A stretch of 64,000 nucleotides of DNA, taken from Lama glama (Eukaryota). Positions 47,953-61,099 of this stretch are shown here, one piece after another. The notes under the pieces are model-generated. The model saw only the letters and a program-made list of their open reading frames with translations, searched no databases and was not told where the DNA came from. The stretch lies in NCBI GenBank assembly GCA_028534125.1, contig CM052832.1:14014001-14078000 (forward strand), read 5' to 3'. Positions within the stretch are counted from its first letter, which is position 1. Every line of letters starts with the position of its first letter. A program made the translations under genes and the position numbers.

Positions 47953-49424
47953 TACGCTGTACATTTTAAACTTAACTCAGTGCTGTATGTCAACTGTATT
48001 GCAATAAAACTGGGGGAAAAGAAAAAATTGAGAAAAAGAAAAAGACACCAACCACAGAGTAAAAAGGCAACCCACAGAATGGGAGAAAATATTTGTAAAT
48101 CATGTATCTGATAAGGGGTTAATACCAAGAATATATGGAGAACTCCTAAAATTCAATAATAAGACAAGTAATTGATTCAAAAATGGGTAAAAGACTTCAG
48201 TAGACATTTCTCCATAAATGATAGACATACGGACAAGAAACACATGAACAGAAGCTCAACATCACTCAGAGTTAAGTGTAAATCAAAACTACAATGAGAC
48301 ATCACCTTGCATCCATTGTGACAGCTACCATCAAATAAACAGAAAACAAATGATGGCAAGGACCTGGAGAAACTGGAACCCTTGTGCACTGTCGGTGGGA
48401 ATGTAAAACAGTACAGCCACTGTGGAAAACAGTGTGGTGGTTCCTCAAAATAACTAAAAGTAGAATTACCATATGGTCCAGCAAACCCCACCTATGGGTA
48501 CACGTCCAAAAGAAATGACAACAGGTCTTTAAGGGGTGTTTGTACACCCATGTTCACAGCAGAATTACTCACAACAGCTAAAACATGGAAGTAACAAGTG
48601 TCCCTCAGTGAGGGACAGGCAAATGGATGGATAGGCAAAACATAGTATATGCATATAATGGAATATTATTCAGCCTTAAAAAGAAAGGAAATTCTGGCAC
48701 ACACTACTACATGAATGAACTTTGAGGACCTCATGCTGCGTAACATAAACGAGTCACAGTATGACAAATACTGTATGATTCCACTTATAAGGTGTACCCA
48801 GGATAGTCAAAATCATAAAGACAGAAATTGTAACTGTGGTTTCCAATGGCTGCGGGGAGAGGGGAACAGGCAGTTGTTAGTTTATAGGTATAAAGTTTCA
48901 GATTTATGAGATGAAAAGATTTGTGAGGATGGGTGTTGGTGATGGCTGCACAAGGTGAACGTATTTATGATCATTAAACTACATTTTAAGGCGGTTAAGA
49001 TGGTATATTTATGAGTTTTTTAACACACGACAGCCTTCAGTGGTTACCCAACGGGAGAGCGAACAAACCAGCTTCCACCTTCCGGCTGTGAATCTGAGCT
49101 TCAGAACCAAGCCGTGTGGGAACAACCTGAGTTGGCTGTTTGACGGCCGAGACCAGATTCCCTGCGGACAGGGTAATACGCCTCGGTGGTGTGATTTCAC
49201 TGTCACAACCCCAAAGTGGAGGTCCCTCGGAGGGCCGTGGTCAGGACCTCACCCATCTGAGGAAGTAGAACCCAAAGGCCAAGTGGCGGCAGCCTGGAAT
49301 TTGGTCCAGCTCTGTGTTGAGAACTGATTTTGATCAAGTCACTTCTTCCCTCTGGGTCTTCATTTTCCTCACTTGTAAAATAGCTAATATTTATTTAACT
49401 TCTCATATTTTAATTATAGCTTTA

Positions 49425-50245
49425 AAAAAACACAAAGTTTACTGTCTTCACTGTTTTTAAGTGTACGGCTCAGCATTGTTACACATATTCACCTTGTTGG
49501 GCAAACCAGTCTCCAGAACTTTTTCATCTTGCAGAACTGAAACTCTGTACCCATTAACCCATCTCCTCACCCTCCCCGGGTCCCAGACCCTGGCAACCAC
49601 CATTCTACTCTCTTTCAGACTACTACAGATTCCCCATCTTCCCTCAGTAAGATCATGAAGTATTTGTCTCTTTGTGATGGGCTTATTTCACTCAGCAAAA
49701 TGTCCTCAAGTTTCATCCCTGTTGTAGCATGTGTCAGAATGTCCTTCTTTAAGGCTGAATAATATTTTTTGTATGCATGATCCATACATCCATCAATGGT
49801 CACTTGGGTTTCTTCCACCTTTTGGCTATTGTGAGAAATGCTGCCATGAACACGTGTACAAATCTCAGATCCAGGCTTCCAATCTTTTGGATATAAACCT
49901 AGAAGTGGGATTGCTGGACCAGAGGATCACTTTTGAAGAACCACCACACTGCTTCCCATGGAGGCTATGCGATCTCCCATTCCCACCAACAGGGCAAAAA
50001 GGTGCCAGTTTCTCCACATCCTCACCACCACTTGCTATTTTCTATCTTCTGATTGGCAGCCATTCTCATGGTTACAAGGTAAGACTTCATTGAAGTTTTG
50101 GCTCACATTTCCCTAATGAGTAGTGATCTTGAGCTTCTTATATGCTTGTTGGTCTTCTGTGCATCATCACTGGAGAAATATCTATTCAAATCCTTTGCCC
50201 ATTTTTAAAATTCTGGTTATTTGGTTTTCTGTTGTTGAATAATGA
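49425..50245 (-). mobile_element. L1MB-like 3' end
   Basis: ctccagaactttttcatcttgcagaactgaaactctgtacccatt…cccaccaacagggc…ggagaaatatctattcaaatcctttgccca. Confidence 0.85.
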
Positions 50246-50429
50246 TAGCTTATATTTATTTAGTTCACTTTATAGTCCATAAACTATGTTCAGGACCAAA
50301 CTAGGACAGGAAATAACACTGGCAGGCTCACAATTCAGTGTGATTTCACACCTCCAGCCTTTAAATACTTGCTAGACATTAATTTGGAGGGGAGAGAAAC
50401 AAGGAGAAACTGACTTCCTGTTATGAAAA

Positions 50430-51315
50430 CTTATATGTTGAAACATTATGCTGTACACCAGAAACAGATACATTGAAAATTGACTACACTTCAATTAAAA
50501 AGGTAAGTAAAAAAAAGATAAACAAGTTTCTTCTGTATTGCACAAGGAACTATATTCTATATCTTGTAGTAATCAATCATGAAAAAGAACATGAAAAGGA
50601 ATAATGTACATATATGACTGAAACTTTATGCTGTACACCAGAAACAGACACAATATTGTAAACTGACTATATTTCAATTTAAAAAAATAACCAATAAACC
50701 TTACATATGGATGCAGCATTATTCACAATAGTCAAGACATGGAAACAACCCAAGTGTCCATGGATAGATGAACGGATAAAAAAGATGTTTGTGTGTGTGT
50801 GTGTGTCTGTCTGTCTGTCTGTGTATTCAGCCATGAGAAAGAAATATATCCTGCCATTGTGACAACACGGACGGATCCTGAGGGTGTTATATTATGTGAG
50901 ATAACTCAGACAGAGAAAAACAAATACTGTATGGTATCACTCATATGTGGAATCTAAAAAAGCCAAACCTGAAGAAACAGAATAGAATGGTGGTTACTGG
51001 GGGCTGAAGGGAGGGGAAGCCAGGGAGATGTTGTTAACGGGTACAGACTTTAAACGAGAAGAGAAGTTCTGGAAATCTAATGCACAGCATAGTGATTATA
51101 GTCCACAACACTGCATTATAAATTTCAAAGTAGCTAAGAGTCTAGATCTTAAATGCCCTCACCACAGAAAAAGAACGATAACTATGTGACGTGAAAGAGG
51201 TGTTAGCTAACACTACGGCAGTAATCATGTCGCAATATACAGATGGATCAAATTGACATACTGCTCACCTTTAACTTACACAATGCTCTAAGTCAACTAT
51301 AACTCAATTTTTTTT
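50430..51315 (+). mobile_element. Stack of L1 3' ends (two short young tails at ~50430-50690, then an L1MA-like 3' end)
   Basis: gaaac.ttatgctgtacaccagaaacaga occurs twice, followed by gcagcattattcacaatagtcaagacatggaaacaacccaagtgtcca…caactataactcaat. Confidence 0.8.
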
Positions 51316-52455
51316 AATTATATGTAGAAACAGACTAATTATCTCTTACTGGCCACAGTCTGAACAAAAAAGTTTTGCATTGTTTTTTATTTTTGTTTTA
51401 AACACAAAATCTTTCCAATTTTTCTGAGATTCTTGTTCTCCAGTTTGTATCTCTGATCTCCCAAACCAGACAACTTCTTGGCAAGCATATTAAAGGCCTT
51501 AGAATTTCGATAATGAAATGAATCACTCCTTCCCAGTAAACAGCACCAGGCCAAGCATTACTCAGTCTCACAGCTTTAGTGCTCTGCCAACTTTGATCCG
51601 ATGGAGACGGAGGCTTCACAGAGGATTGGAAAACACCGGCAAGATAGGTGTGAGCAAGCAAAGCCTTGCCCCTCCTCTTGCGGGTGCAGGTCAATCTGCA
51701 TTTCAGCAGTTATGTAAGAAGACACCTGCAGAGACCTGAGTTGCCTGACACTTTACTTTGGATTCACCAATGTGATTTTTTAATCAGGAAACTCTTGTAA
51801 CATAGGTAAGTGTACTAAACAATGATGCCCACGTACCCACAACCAAGCATAAATAGATGTTAACACGATTCATTCTTCAGAAATAAAAATGTTTCAGATA
51901 CCACAGAGGTTCCACATCTTTTCCCCCACCCTACCCTCCTCAGAGGTACCTATTATCCTGGAGTTAGTGTGTGTCATTCCCATGAATGATTTTGTATTTT
52001 TACTGTGTATTCATCTGAAAACAATCTAGGCTATTGCTTTGGGTGTTTTTGAGAGTCACATAAATGACAGCTACGTGGCCACCTGTCATTCTTTCGGCTG
52101 CTCAGTGTCTGAGGCCCCTTCCCAGGAGAAGGACGATCTCTTTACTATGAGAGCTAAAAGGCCAGAAGGCTGCCCCACCTCAGTCAGGGACAGGCCTGTG
52201 ACAGAGCCCCTGACAGCAATGGCAGTGCCCACCCAAGGACCTAGGGCTCAGCTGCAGCAGGACACTGTTTGGTCCTGGACCTTGGTTCTGCAGCTTTCCT
52301 GGTGACTCTGAACTACCATCATCTTCCCAATGAATCCTTTTTCTGCTTACATTAGAAGCAGTTCTGTTGCTTAGTTAAGAACCCACTTGAAAACGTTACT
52401 TTGGCAACTCTTTTCATTCTACTTGGTTTTCTTAGATTCAAATGGATATTATGTT

Positions 52456-53517
52456 ATCAAAGGCGAACAGAATGTGCCACTTCAAAATGTGTCACTTTGT
52501 GTCCACTGACAGATGACTGGATAAAGAAGTCATGGTGTGTGTGTGTACACACACACACACACACACAATGGAATAATACTCAGCCATAAAAAAGAATAAA
52601 ATAATGGCATTTGCAGCAACATGGACGGACCTGGAGATCATCATTCTAAATGAAGTAAACCAGAAAGAGAAAGAAAAATACCATTTGATATCACTTATAT
52701 GTGGAATCTTTAAAAAAAATGATACAAATTAACTTATTTACAAAACAGAAGCAGACTCAGAAAACAAACTTATGGTTACGGGGGTGGGGAGAGGGTGGGA
52801 AGGGATAAACTGGGAGTTTGAGATTTGCAGATACTAACTACTATATATAAAATAGATTAACAACAACTTTCTTCAGTATAGCACAAGGAACTATATTCAA
52901 CACCTTATAGTAATCTATAATGAAAAAGAATGTGAAAACAAATATATGTATGTAAATGTATGACTGAAACATTATGCTGTACACCAGAAATTGACAACAT
53001 TGTAAACTGACTATACTTCAATTAGAAAGAAAGAAAAGAAAGAAAGAAAGAAAAGAGAAAGAAAGAAAAAAGTGCCCCTTCGACATACGGATTTTTTTTT
53101 TAATTAAAGGTACTTTAGAAACAGGGGGACACTCTGACCCTCCCTTTTCTCTCTGAAAACAGGAGACAAATCTCCCACGGGAAAGGTACCCTCCCTGCAG
53201 CAGAAGGGTAGAAGGGATCCCCGTCACTAGGGACTGGGGATTTAGGGCCAAGAAGACTGTGTAAACCAGCCTTGCTCCTTCTTCACCTATTTACTACCTG
53301 AGCCCAAACCCATTTGTTTTGTCAATTCTTCGCAAATTTGCTGTTTGTCTAAAAGACATTAGAGTTTCCTGCTTTGGACACTTCTTTGAGCTTTATATTT
53401 TTTGAGCCCTTGTATGTATAAAATAAATTTGTTTTTCTCCTGTTAGTTTCTGTCTTGTGTCAATTATTAGACCAGCCAAAGAACCTAGAAGGAGGAAAAA
53501 CTTTTTCTTCCTCTACA
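52456..53517 (+). mobile_element. Solo ERV1-type LTR (MER34/MER39-like) interrupted by an L1 3' end (~52500-53070)
   Basis: cagaatgtgccacttcaaaatgtgtcacttt… start, with AATAAA at ~53422 and …gaacctagaaggagg…ttcttcctctaCA end. The insert ends in a (GAAA)n tail at ~53023-53070. Confidence 0.65.
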
Positions 53518-53812
53518 TAATTCACTTAACTACAAGTCCTATTCCACGTGTAAACTATACATTTATTCATTCCATTCTTGGGACACACGTTGTTTCCACA
53601 TTTGTGCTATTATGAACAGTGCCACAGCGTATGTCCTTGTACACCTGCCTCCCGCATCCATGCATGGAAGTTTACATAGGGTGCAAGCTTCTGCAGCTTT
53701 CCCAGGTGTTGACAGACTGCTTCCCAAGTAGTTGTACCAGTTAATCTACCCATCGTGTGTGTACAAGTTCAGATTACCCTAAATAGTTATTAACATTTGG
53801 TTTTAGCAAATC

Positions 53813-53967
53813 TTTTGTTTGTTTTGGGTTTTGGGGGGTCAGTAATTTGTTTTATTTGTTTATTTATTATGTTTATTTATTTATTTTTAATGGAGGTACT
53901 GGGGATTGAACCAAAGACCTTGTGCATGCTAAGCATGTGCTCTACCACTGAGCTATACCCTCCCCCC
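53813..53967 (-). mobile_element. tRNA-derived SINE (Vic-1-like)
   Basis: ggaggtactggggattgaacc…tgtgcatgctaagcatgtgctctaccactgagctataccctcccccc. Confidence 0.92.
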
Positions 53968-54811
53968 AGGCTTCAGCAGATCTTACTTTTTGCCAGTCTC
54001 ATGGGACATTGTATCTCACTGTTGTTTTGATTTGGGTTTTCCCAGTTATGGGTGAGGCCGAGCATCTTTTCATATGAAAGACTGTTGGGAACCCCTAAAT
54101 GGACTTCTCTGTGGCTCTTTCCTCCTGAGCTGGTCCATGTCTCCAGAGAAGAATTTTTCTGCTTCCTGCTTGGGGAGTGGAAGCCCGGCTGTCCTAGAGT
54201 CAGGGAAGGGCCCTGACGTCAGAGCTCACTCCATCCCTACTTCTTCAGGTTGTTCCCACCCTCCATCCTCAGCTAGGTCTGAGGCTGTCTTGGTCACTGA
54301 GCCCAGGGTGTGTATGGCACAACCTCACCAAAGAAGAGTCCAGTTTTCTGCTTGGAGAGGGCAAGGATAGCTGCCTGGCTGTGCTGGGGGTGGAGGGGTG
54401 TCTCTTAAAGACTTTCAGCTAATCCTTCTCTCAGCCCCATGCTGAACCTCCCCCTTCAGAAGCACCTGGGCCTCACATTTCTCAGCCTCCCTAAAGTTCT
54501 GTGTTACACACCTCCTTTCTTCTTGTAAACCTCTACATAGGCAGGTGCCACCTCCTCCCTGCTGGTAACTCAGTTACCTTTCATCTATGTACTTTCCAGC
54601 TCTTCATCCTTTGGGGCTCCTGTATGTGTTGGATTTCTTTCTAGTTTGCTAACTCTGTTGTGTGTGAGTGTGTGTCTCTGCACTAATACCATGATTTTAG
54701 TCACCACAGCCTGACAGTAAGTCTTGATTGCTGGTGGAACAAGTTTAGTCCTATTCCTCTTCAGAATTGTTTTGTTGGACTTCCGGTTTGAATATGGTAG
54801 AATACTCAGTT

Positions 54812-57251
54812 TCACCACTACTATTCAACATAGTACTGGAAGTTCCAGACAGAGCAATTAGGCAAGAAAAAAATAAATAAAAGACATTGGAAAGGGAAAG
54901 TAAAATTGTTTGCAGATGATATGATCTTATATGTAGAAAATCTTCAAGTCTCCACACACACACACAAAAAGCTGTTTGAGCTAATAATTCAGCAAAGTGG
55001 CACGATACAAAGCCAACACACACAAGCAGCTGCATTTCTACACACAACGAACTATCTGAAAAGGAAGTTACAAAGACAATTCCATTTAAATAGCATCAGA
55101 AAGAATAAAATACTCAGCAATTAAACAAGATGGTGAAAAACTTACACAATGAGAACTACAAAACACTCCTGAAAGAAATGAAAGACAACAGAAATAAATA
55201 GAAACATATTTCATGTTCAAGGATTGGAAGACTTAATATTGTTAAAGTGTCAATACCACCCAAAAGAGTCTACAGATTCAATGCAATACCTATAAAAATC
55301 CCAATGATGTTTTTTGCAGAAGTAGAAAAAGCCATTCTAAAATTCTTGTAGAAACTCAAGTGACCCTGAATAGACAAGACAGTTTTGAAAAAGAATAAAA
55401 ATGGATGGCTCACGCTCTGATTTCAAAACTCACTACAAAGCTACTATAACTAAACCAGTGTGGTGTCAATATAAAGACATATACATATAGACCAACAGAA
55501 TAGAAAAGAAAAAGAAAGCCCAGAAATAAACCCTCACCTATACAGTCAAACGATTTTTCACAAAAGTGCCAAAACCAGTCAGTGCGAAAAGGACAGTCTT
55601 TTCAACAAATGGTGCTGGAGAAACTGGATAACTATATGCAAAAACTGGAGTTGGGTGCTTACCTAACACCATATACAAAAATTAATTCAAAAATGGATCA
55701 AGGACCTAAACCTAAGACCTAAAACAATAAAATTCTTAGGAAAAAAACTGGACAAAAACTTCAAGACGTTGGATTTGGCAATGATTTCTTGGCTGTGACA
55801 CCAAAGGCACAGGTAACAAAAGAAAAATAGACAAATTATACTTCATGAAAATTTTTAAAATTTTGTGCCTCAAAAGACACTATCCACAGAGTTAAAAGGC
55901 AACCCACAGAGTGGAAGAAAATATCTAGAAACCATACAGCTAAGAGCTTAACATACAGACTATTTGGAGAACTTCTAAAACTCAACAACAATTCGATTAA
56001 AAAATGGACAAAGGACTCGGATATTTCTTCAAAGAAGTCAACAAATAGCCAATAAGCACAGGAAAAGATGTTCAACATCACTAATCATTAAGGAAATGCC
56101 TGCAATCAAAACCACAATGAGATATCACCGTACACCTATCAAGGTGGCCACTATCAAAAAACCAACAAGTGTTGGTGAAGAAGTAGATAAACTGGAAACC
56201 CTATGCTTTGTTGGTGGGAATGTAAAATGGCACAGCCACTGTGGAAAATGGAAAATGATACGGTGGTTGCTCAAAAAATTAAAAATAGAATTACTATATG
56301 ATCCAGCAATTGTACTTATGGGTGTATACCCCAGAGTATTAAAGGCTGGGGCTCTAAAAGATATTTGTACACCCATGTTCACAGCAGCATTATTTACAAT
56401 GGTTAATACATGAAGCACTGAGTGTCCATCAACCAGTGAACAGATAAGATAAGTAGAATGTCATATATATATATATACACAATGGAATTATTATTCAGCC
56501 TTCAAAAGGAATTTAAATACTCCAACATACTAGAACATGGATGAACCATGAGAAATTATGCTAAGTGAAACAAGCCAGTCACAAAAAGACAAATACTGTA
56601 TGATTCCACTTATATGAGGTACCTGACATAGTCAGATTCATAAAGACAGAAACTGCAATGGTGGTTGCCAGGGGCGGGGACGGGGGGAGTGAAGAATGGG
56701 GAGTTACTGTTTAAAAAGTATACAGTTTCAGTTTTACAAGATGAAAAGAATTATGAGGATGGATGGTGGTGATGGCTGCACAACAATGTGAACGTATTTA
56801 GTACCACTGAACTGCAGTTAAAAATGGTTACGGTGATCTGAAAATATATGTGTGTATATACATGTATATGTATAACTGAATCGCTTTGCTATACACCTGA
56901 AACTAACATTGTAAATCAACTACACTTCAATAAAAAATTTTAAAAATGATTAAGGGGGACAAATAACAAATGCTTGCAAAGATGTGGAGAAACAGTTACC
57001 TTCGTACATGGTTGATGGGAATGTAAACTGGTGCAGCCATAGTGAAAAAAGAGTATGAGACTTCTCAAAAAACTAAAAATAGAACTACCATATGGCCCAG
57101 CAATTCCACTCCTGGGTATATATCCAAAAAAAACCCAAGGACACTAATTTTAAATGTTCCTAGCAGCATTATTTACAATTGCCAAGATATGAAAGCAACC
57201 TAAGTGTCCATGAACAGAAAAATGGATAAAAAAGATGTGTGTATATATATG

Positions 57252-57283
<32 letters not shown>

Positions 57284-57700
57284 TATACAATGGAATACTA
57301 CTCAGCTGTAAAAAATAAAATATTGCCATTTGCAGCAACATGGATGGACTTGGAGGTATTATGCCAAGTGAAATAAGTCAGACAGAAAGACAAATACTGT
57401 ATGATATCACTTATACATGGAATCTACAAAATACAACAAACTAGTGAGTAAAAGAAAACAGAAGCAGACTCAGATAAGGAGAACATACTAGTGGTTACCA
57501 GTGGGGAGAGGAAAGGAGGGAGGGATAGGGGATTAAGAAGTACAAATTATTATGTATAAAATAAGCTACAAGGATATACTGTACAACATAGGGAGTACAG
57601 CCAATATTTTATAATAAATATAAAAGAAGTATAACCTTTAAAAAACGGTTAAGGTGGTAAATTTCATCTTACATGTATTTCACCACAATAAAAACAAACA
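54812..57700 (+). mobile_element. 5'-truncated L1MB-like element (RT to 3' end) with further L1 3' ends nested at ~56837-57645
   Basis: LFADDMILYVEN at ~54906 and ORF2 C-terminus at ~56100-56410. The host 3' UTR aaaaatggtta.ggtg is duplicated at ~56820 and ~57643 around the inserts. Confidence 0.85.
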
Positions 57701-59260
57701 AAAATACTAAAAAGCTCCCTGTTCTTACTGAGATTCAGCCATTTTTCTTGCATAAACACTTCCTGAATCTCTACAAGTCTTTGGTTAATTTCCAGAGTTT
57801 GGAAAAGTTCATTCTGACTATATTGGTCAGTTTTCTCATTGCTTTTATGGAGGAGAGAATTTTTGGAGCTTCTTGCTTTGCTAATTTTGCCCACACCCAT
57901 GGCTTTGCAGGGTGAATATCTCCACAGCCTCTTGTTTCCACTGCCCGACAGGAAAAGCACAACTACAATAACCCCAGGCTATTTAGGGAAATTCCTACTG
58001 GCCTGGGAAAAGGCCCCAGCTCCGCCTGAAAAGCTCACCTTTGTCCAAGATGAATAATCAACGAGAAATCTATGCAAAGATACAAGAAAAAAGGAGGAAA
58101 GAAGACAAACATGGACACTGAAAAAACACTTATTAGAAAATTGTTGCCACAGAGCAGGTGAAAAATTTGATCAGATATTTTATCTTCAATTAAAAAAAAA
58201 AAAACTCTTCCCTGAAGCCAGAGCAGAAGAAGGAGACTCAAAATATATATGAGAATTGCATATAGAGGGAGCAAAATGTGAGCTGGCAAAGCCCAGGAAA
58301 CAAGTGAAAGAAAGAAAATTAAAGCAGCACAAAAGAGATGATGAAATTCAAAGTATCACAGGGAAAACAGAGGCTGCCGAAACACAGAAGGGGGGACGGA
58401 GGACCAGACTATGAAGAGTGAGCTACGTGAAATGGAAATACTTAGGCTTAAAAGGAAATGACATACATGGCAGATGGTCAAGAGAGCCAATACATATGTG
58501 CTTGGCGTCCCTAAAGAAGCAAATTCATAGACAGACTTGGAACCAGAATCCTGGCACCGCTTCCGGAAATGACAGAACACATCCCAGTAAAAGGGGAGAT
58601 AAATGGGCAACAATTCTAAATGCCAGTAAAGCTACTGGACTGCTATGATAAGAATCCTTTGAACCCAGGGGCAAACAGATCACATCATCTATCAGAGGAA
58701 CGCGCCCAGGCTCACGCGCCCCTACACCTGAATTCAGCGTTGGAGGACAGCAGAACCAGCAAGGCCTCCAAATCTTGGAAGAAGCTAATGTAACCCAAGA
58801 CATTTATTTCTACTCAGCCCAAACAGTTTTTGAACATGCCAAACTCAAGGAATAGTGTTCTCAGAAGCCCTTCCTGAGGAAAAGGCTCAAAGGTGAAATT
58901 CAGCCACCCAACAGGGCCCGTCAGATCAGAAGGTCTGGTGCAGCAAGTCTCCTAGGATGCCCCAGCCAAGGACTCCCGCATCTGTGCTCACTGGTCCATT
59001 GGATACCTCAGGCGGATCATTTTAACACCTCCCTGTCTATAAATAAAATTGTTTTCAATAATAATCATGCTTCAATAAGTAATAATCATTTTATTGATTG
59101 ATTCTTCAGTTTTAAAACAACTATTAAAGAATAGCTTCAAAATTTTAAAATATTCAATCGAGCAAAGTTTTTCATGTATGAAATTCTGCATTAACAAAAA
59201 ATATACATTTATACACACATATACACACACACACCTAGCAGTTTACACTCAATTTTGCCA

Positions 59261-59444
59261 TTTTTAATTTTATTTTTTAAAAATATTTTTTCCGTTTCTA
59301 TTTTTTGCAGGGGAGGTAATTAGGGTTTTTTTTTTTTCTTTTGTTGCTTGTTTTTTTAATGGCAGTACTGGGGATTGAGCCCAGGACAGGACCTCGTGCA
59401 TGCTAAGCACGCACTCTGCCACAGAGCTATACACTCCCCTACCC
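59261..59444 (-). mobile_element. tRNA-derived SINE (Vic-1-like)
   Basis: cagtactggggattgagcccaggac…gtgcatgctaagcacgcactctgccacagagctatac plus T-rich tail. Confidence 0.9.
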
Positions 59445-61099
59445 ACTGACATTGATTAGGACTGTCACTGCATGGTTTTACAATAAAAAGCAGATGAACT
59501 AATCAGTTTCATCATTATTTTTAAATTCTCTACATCTGTCTCACCAATTTTACATTTTGCAACCTTGATGTGATTTAAGAAAGAAGTCTAAGGTAGAAGA
59601 GAAAAAGTGGGCAGTCCATTAAACAGAGAAAACCGTCCATATTATGTATGCAAGCTACACCACCTAAACAGAAGGTAAAATCACAACAAATCTCCCCAGA
59701 CCATGCCCTCCCTTACTGCCAGCGGCTGGGACTGACAGGCCCACTGCCCACCCTAGTCCAGCACTCGAATCTCCCTAGTCGTCCTCTAGCCTCCTGCCCT
59801 TGCGACTTGACCCTGCAAGCGCACAGTCAGGAGGCAGAAAGGTGGGGTGGGCAAGTACTCACACTTGGAGGGACAGCCCTCTGGGTCAGGAACAGACAGA
59901 CACAGACGCACCAGCGGTGGAGAAAGGTGTCCTGTCCCACTGGCTGCCCCAGAGACCCATGCGGCCCAGAAGACACTGGAACTGAACACAGCGGTGAACG
60001 AGGGCATGAGGGACATGGCCCAGCAGAGAAATGACACGAGGCAGCCAGAGAAGGCAGAACGAGACCTTAATTGGAGGCAGAAGAGACCCCACCTGTTGGA
60101 AGACGCCGGCAGTTTGACTGCCTACAAGCTGAGGGACATCAGTGCTTCAAAAACTGGCCAACAAACAACACAGAAGAGCTACCTGGCCTCACAGCCAAGG
60201 AGAGGGCAAATGTTTTGGATGGAGAACCCCCGGTTTTCACAGGGCACCTGGGAGCCTATAATTATTACGCTTTACTAGGAATTGGTGCATTTGCCGCTAT
60301 TTTCCTGGGGAACTTTCTTTTCCTTCGAGAGTAAAAGATACCAAGTGACTGAAAAACAGGTTCTGCAGAAATCTTTTTTTTAAACAGTAAAATAAGTTTT
60401 TTCAAAATATCAATTTATGACCAAAGCAGCTAACATCACTTTTGAAGAAACCAATGTACAAAAGGAGAACTCACCTGAAGAGGTGCCCAGGCTGTACAAC
60501 GGGCTTGAGGATCCGGCTCAAATGCAGGGAGAAAAATCTGCCTTTTTTGAGGGGGAGCTGAAAGAGAAGAGTGTAAAGGAGCTTGTTACAAGGAATCTGG
60601 TGAAACTTTAGGAAAGAAAAGACTTTAAAGAAACAAAACCAACTGAAGAGAAGATGAAGTCTAAATGCCATCAAATTTTAGAGAAGAAAAATACCGAACC
60701 TAAGAAGAGCACGGAGCAATTACTACAAGAAGAGTCAGAGGAGCGAGCAGCTCTCCACGCCTTCCGCGGACGTCAGGAGACTTCGTGCAGGAGCTCCCCC
60801 AACTGGCCACAAAGTGTAACCACAGGGGAGCCTTAAAACCACCGTCTCTGGGCCCCCGCTTCCGGAGAGCCTCGCTTAATAGGTCTCAGGTGTTGGGCCT
60901 AATGGTTGGGATTTACAAGCTCCCCAGGTGATTCTACTGGGCAGCCAGGATTGACAACCAGAAGCTCTGGCTTCCAAAAGTAAAAGAAAGAAATTCAAGT
61001 TTTGGATAATTGCATTATAAAACTGAAAATGACAAGATGACAATACTTGAACGACGGAAAAGGCCATGAACAAAATTCTGGTTAAAAAAAAATAACTGT

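Larger units (their letters stand above)
37190..49025 (+). mobile_element. Nested LINE-1 block: old L1 (5' UTR-ORF1-ORF2-3' end) interrupted by further L1 copies, SINEs and a Tigger MITE; all ORFs disrupted
   Basis: 5' UTR-type start ctgggaagatggcagagtagga. ORF1 remnants (NQKEILELKSTVTAMKNSLD, ~38090; resumes ~42000). ORF2 endonuclease (KKILHANCNRKRAGVAILTSDKIGFK, ~43140) and SPGPDGFTGELYQTFKE (~44320). Three separate ORF2 C-terminal/3' UTR ends at ~41970, ~48020 and ~49020. Confidence 0.9.

Noticed and set aside
38090..48909. Numerous 60-130 aa ORFs with reverse-transcriptase/endonuclease-like text
   Set aside because: These are fragments of dead L1 ORF1/ORF2 or their antisense, broken by stops, frameshifts and insertions. 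There is no intact element.
53023..53070. (GAAA)n, (CA)n/(TG)n and poly-A/T runs here and at ~37550, ~50790, ~52537 and ~57240
   Set aside because: These are ordinary microsatellites derived from retroelement tails or L1 3' UTRs.
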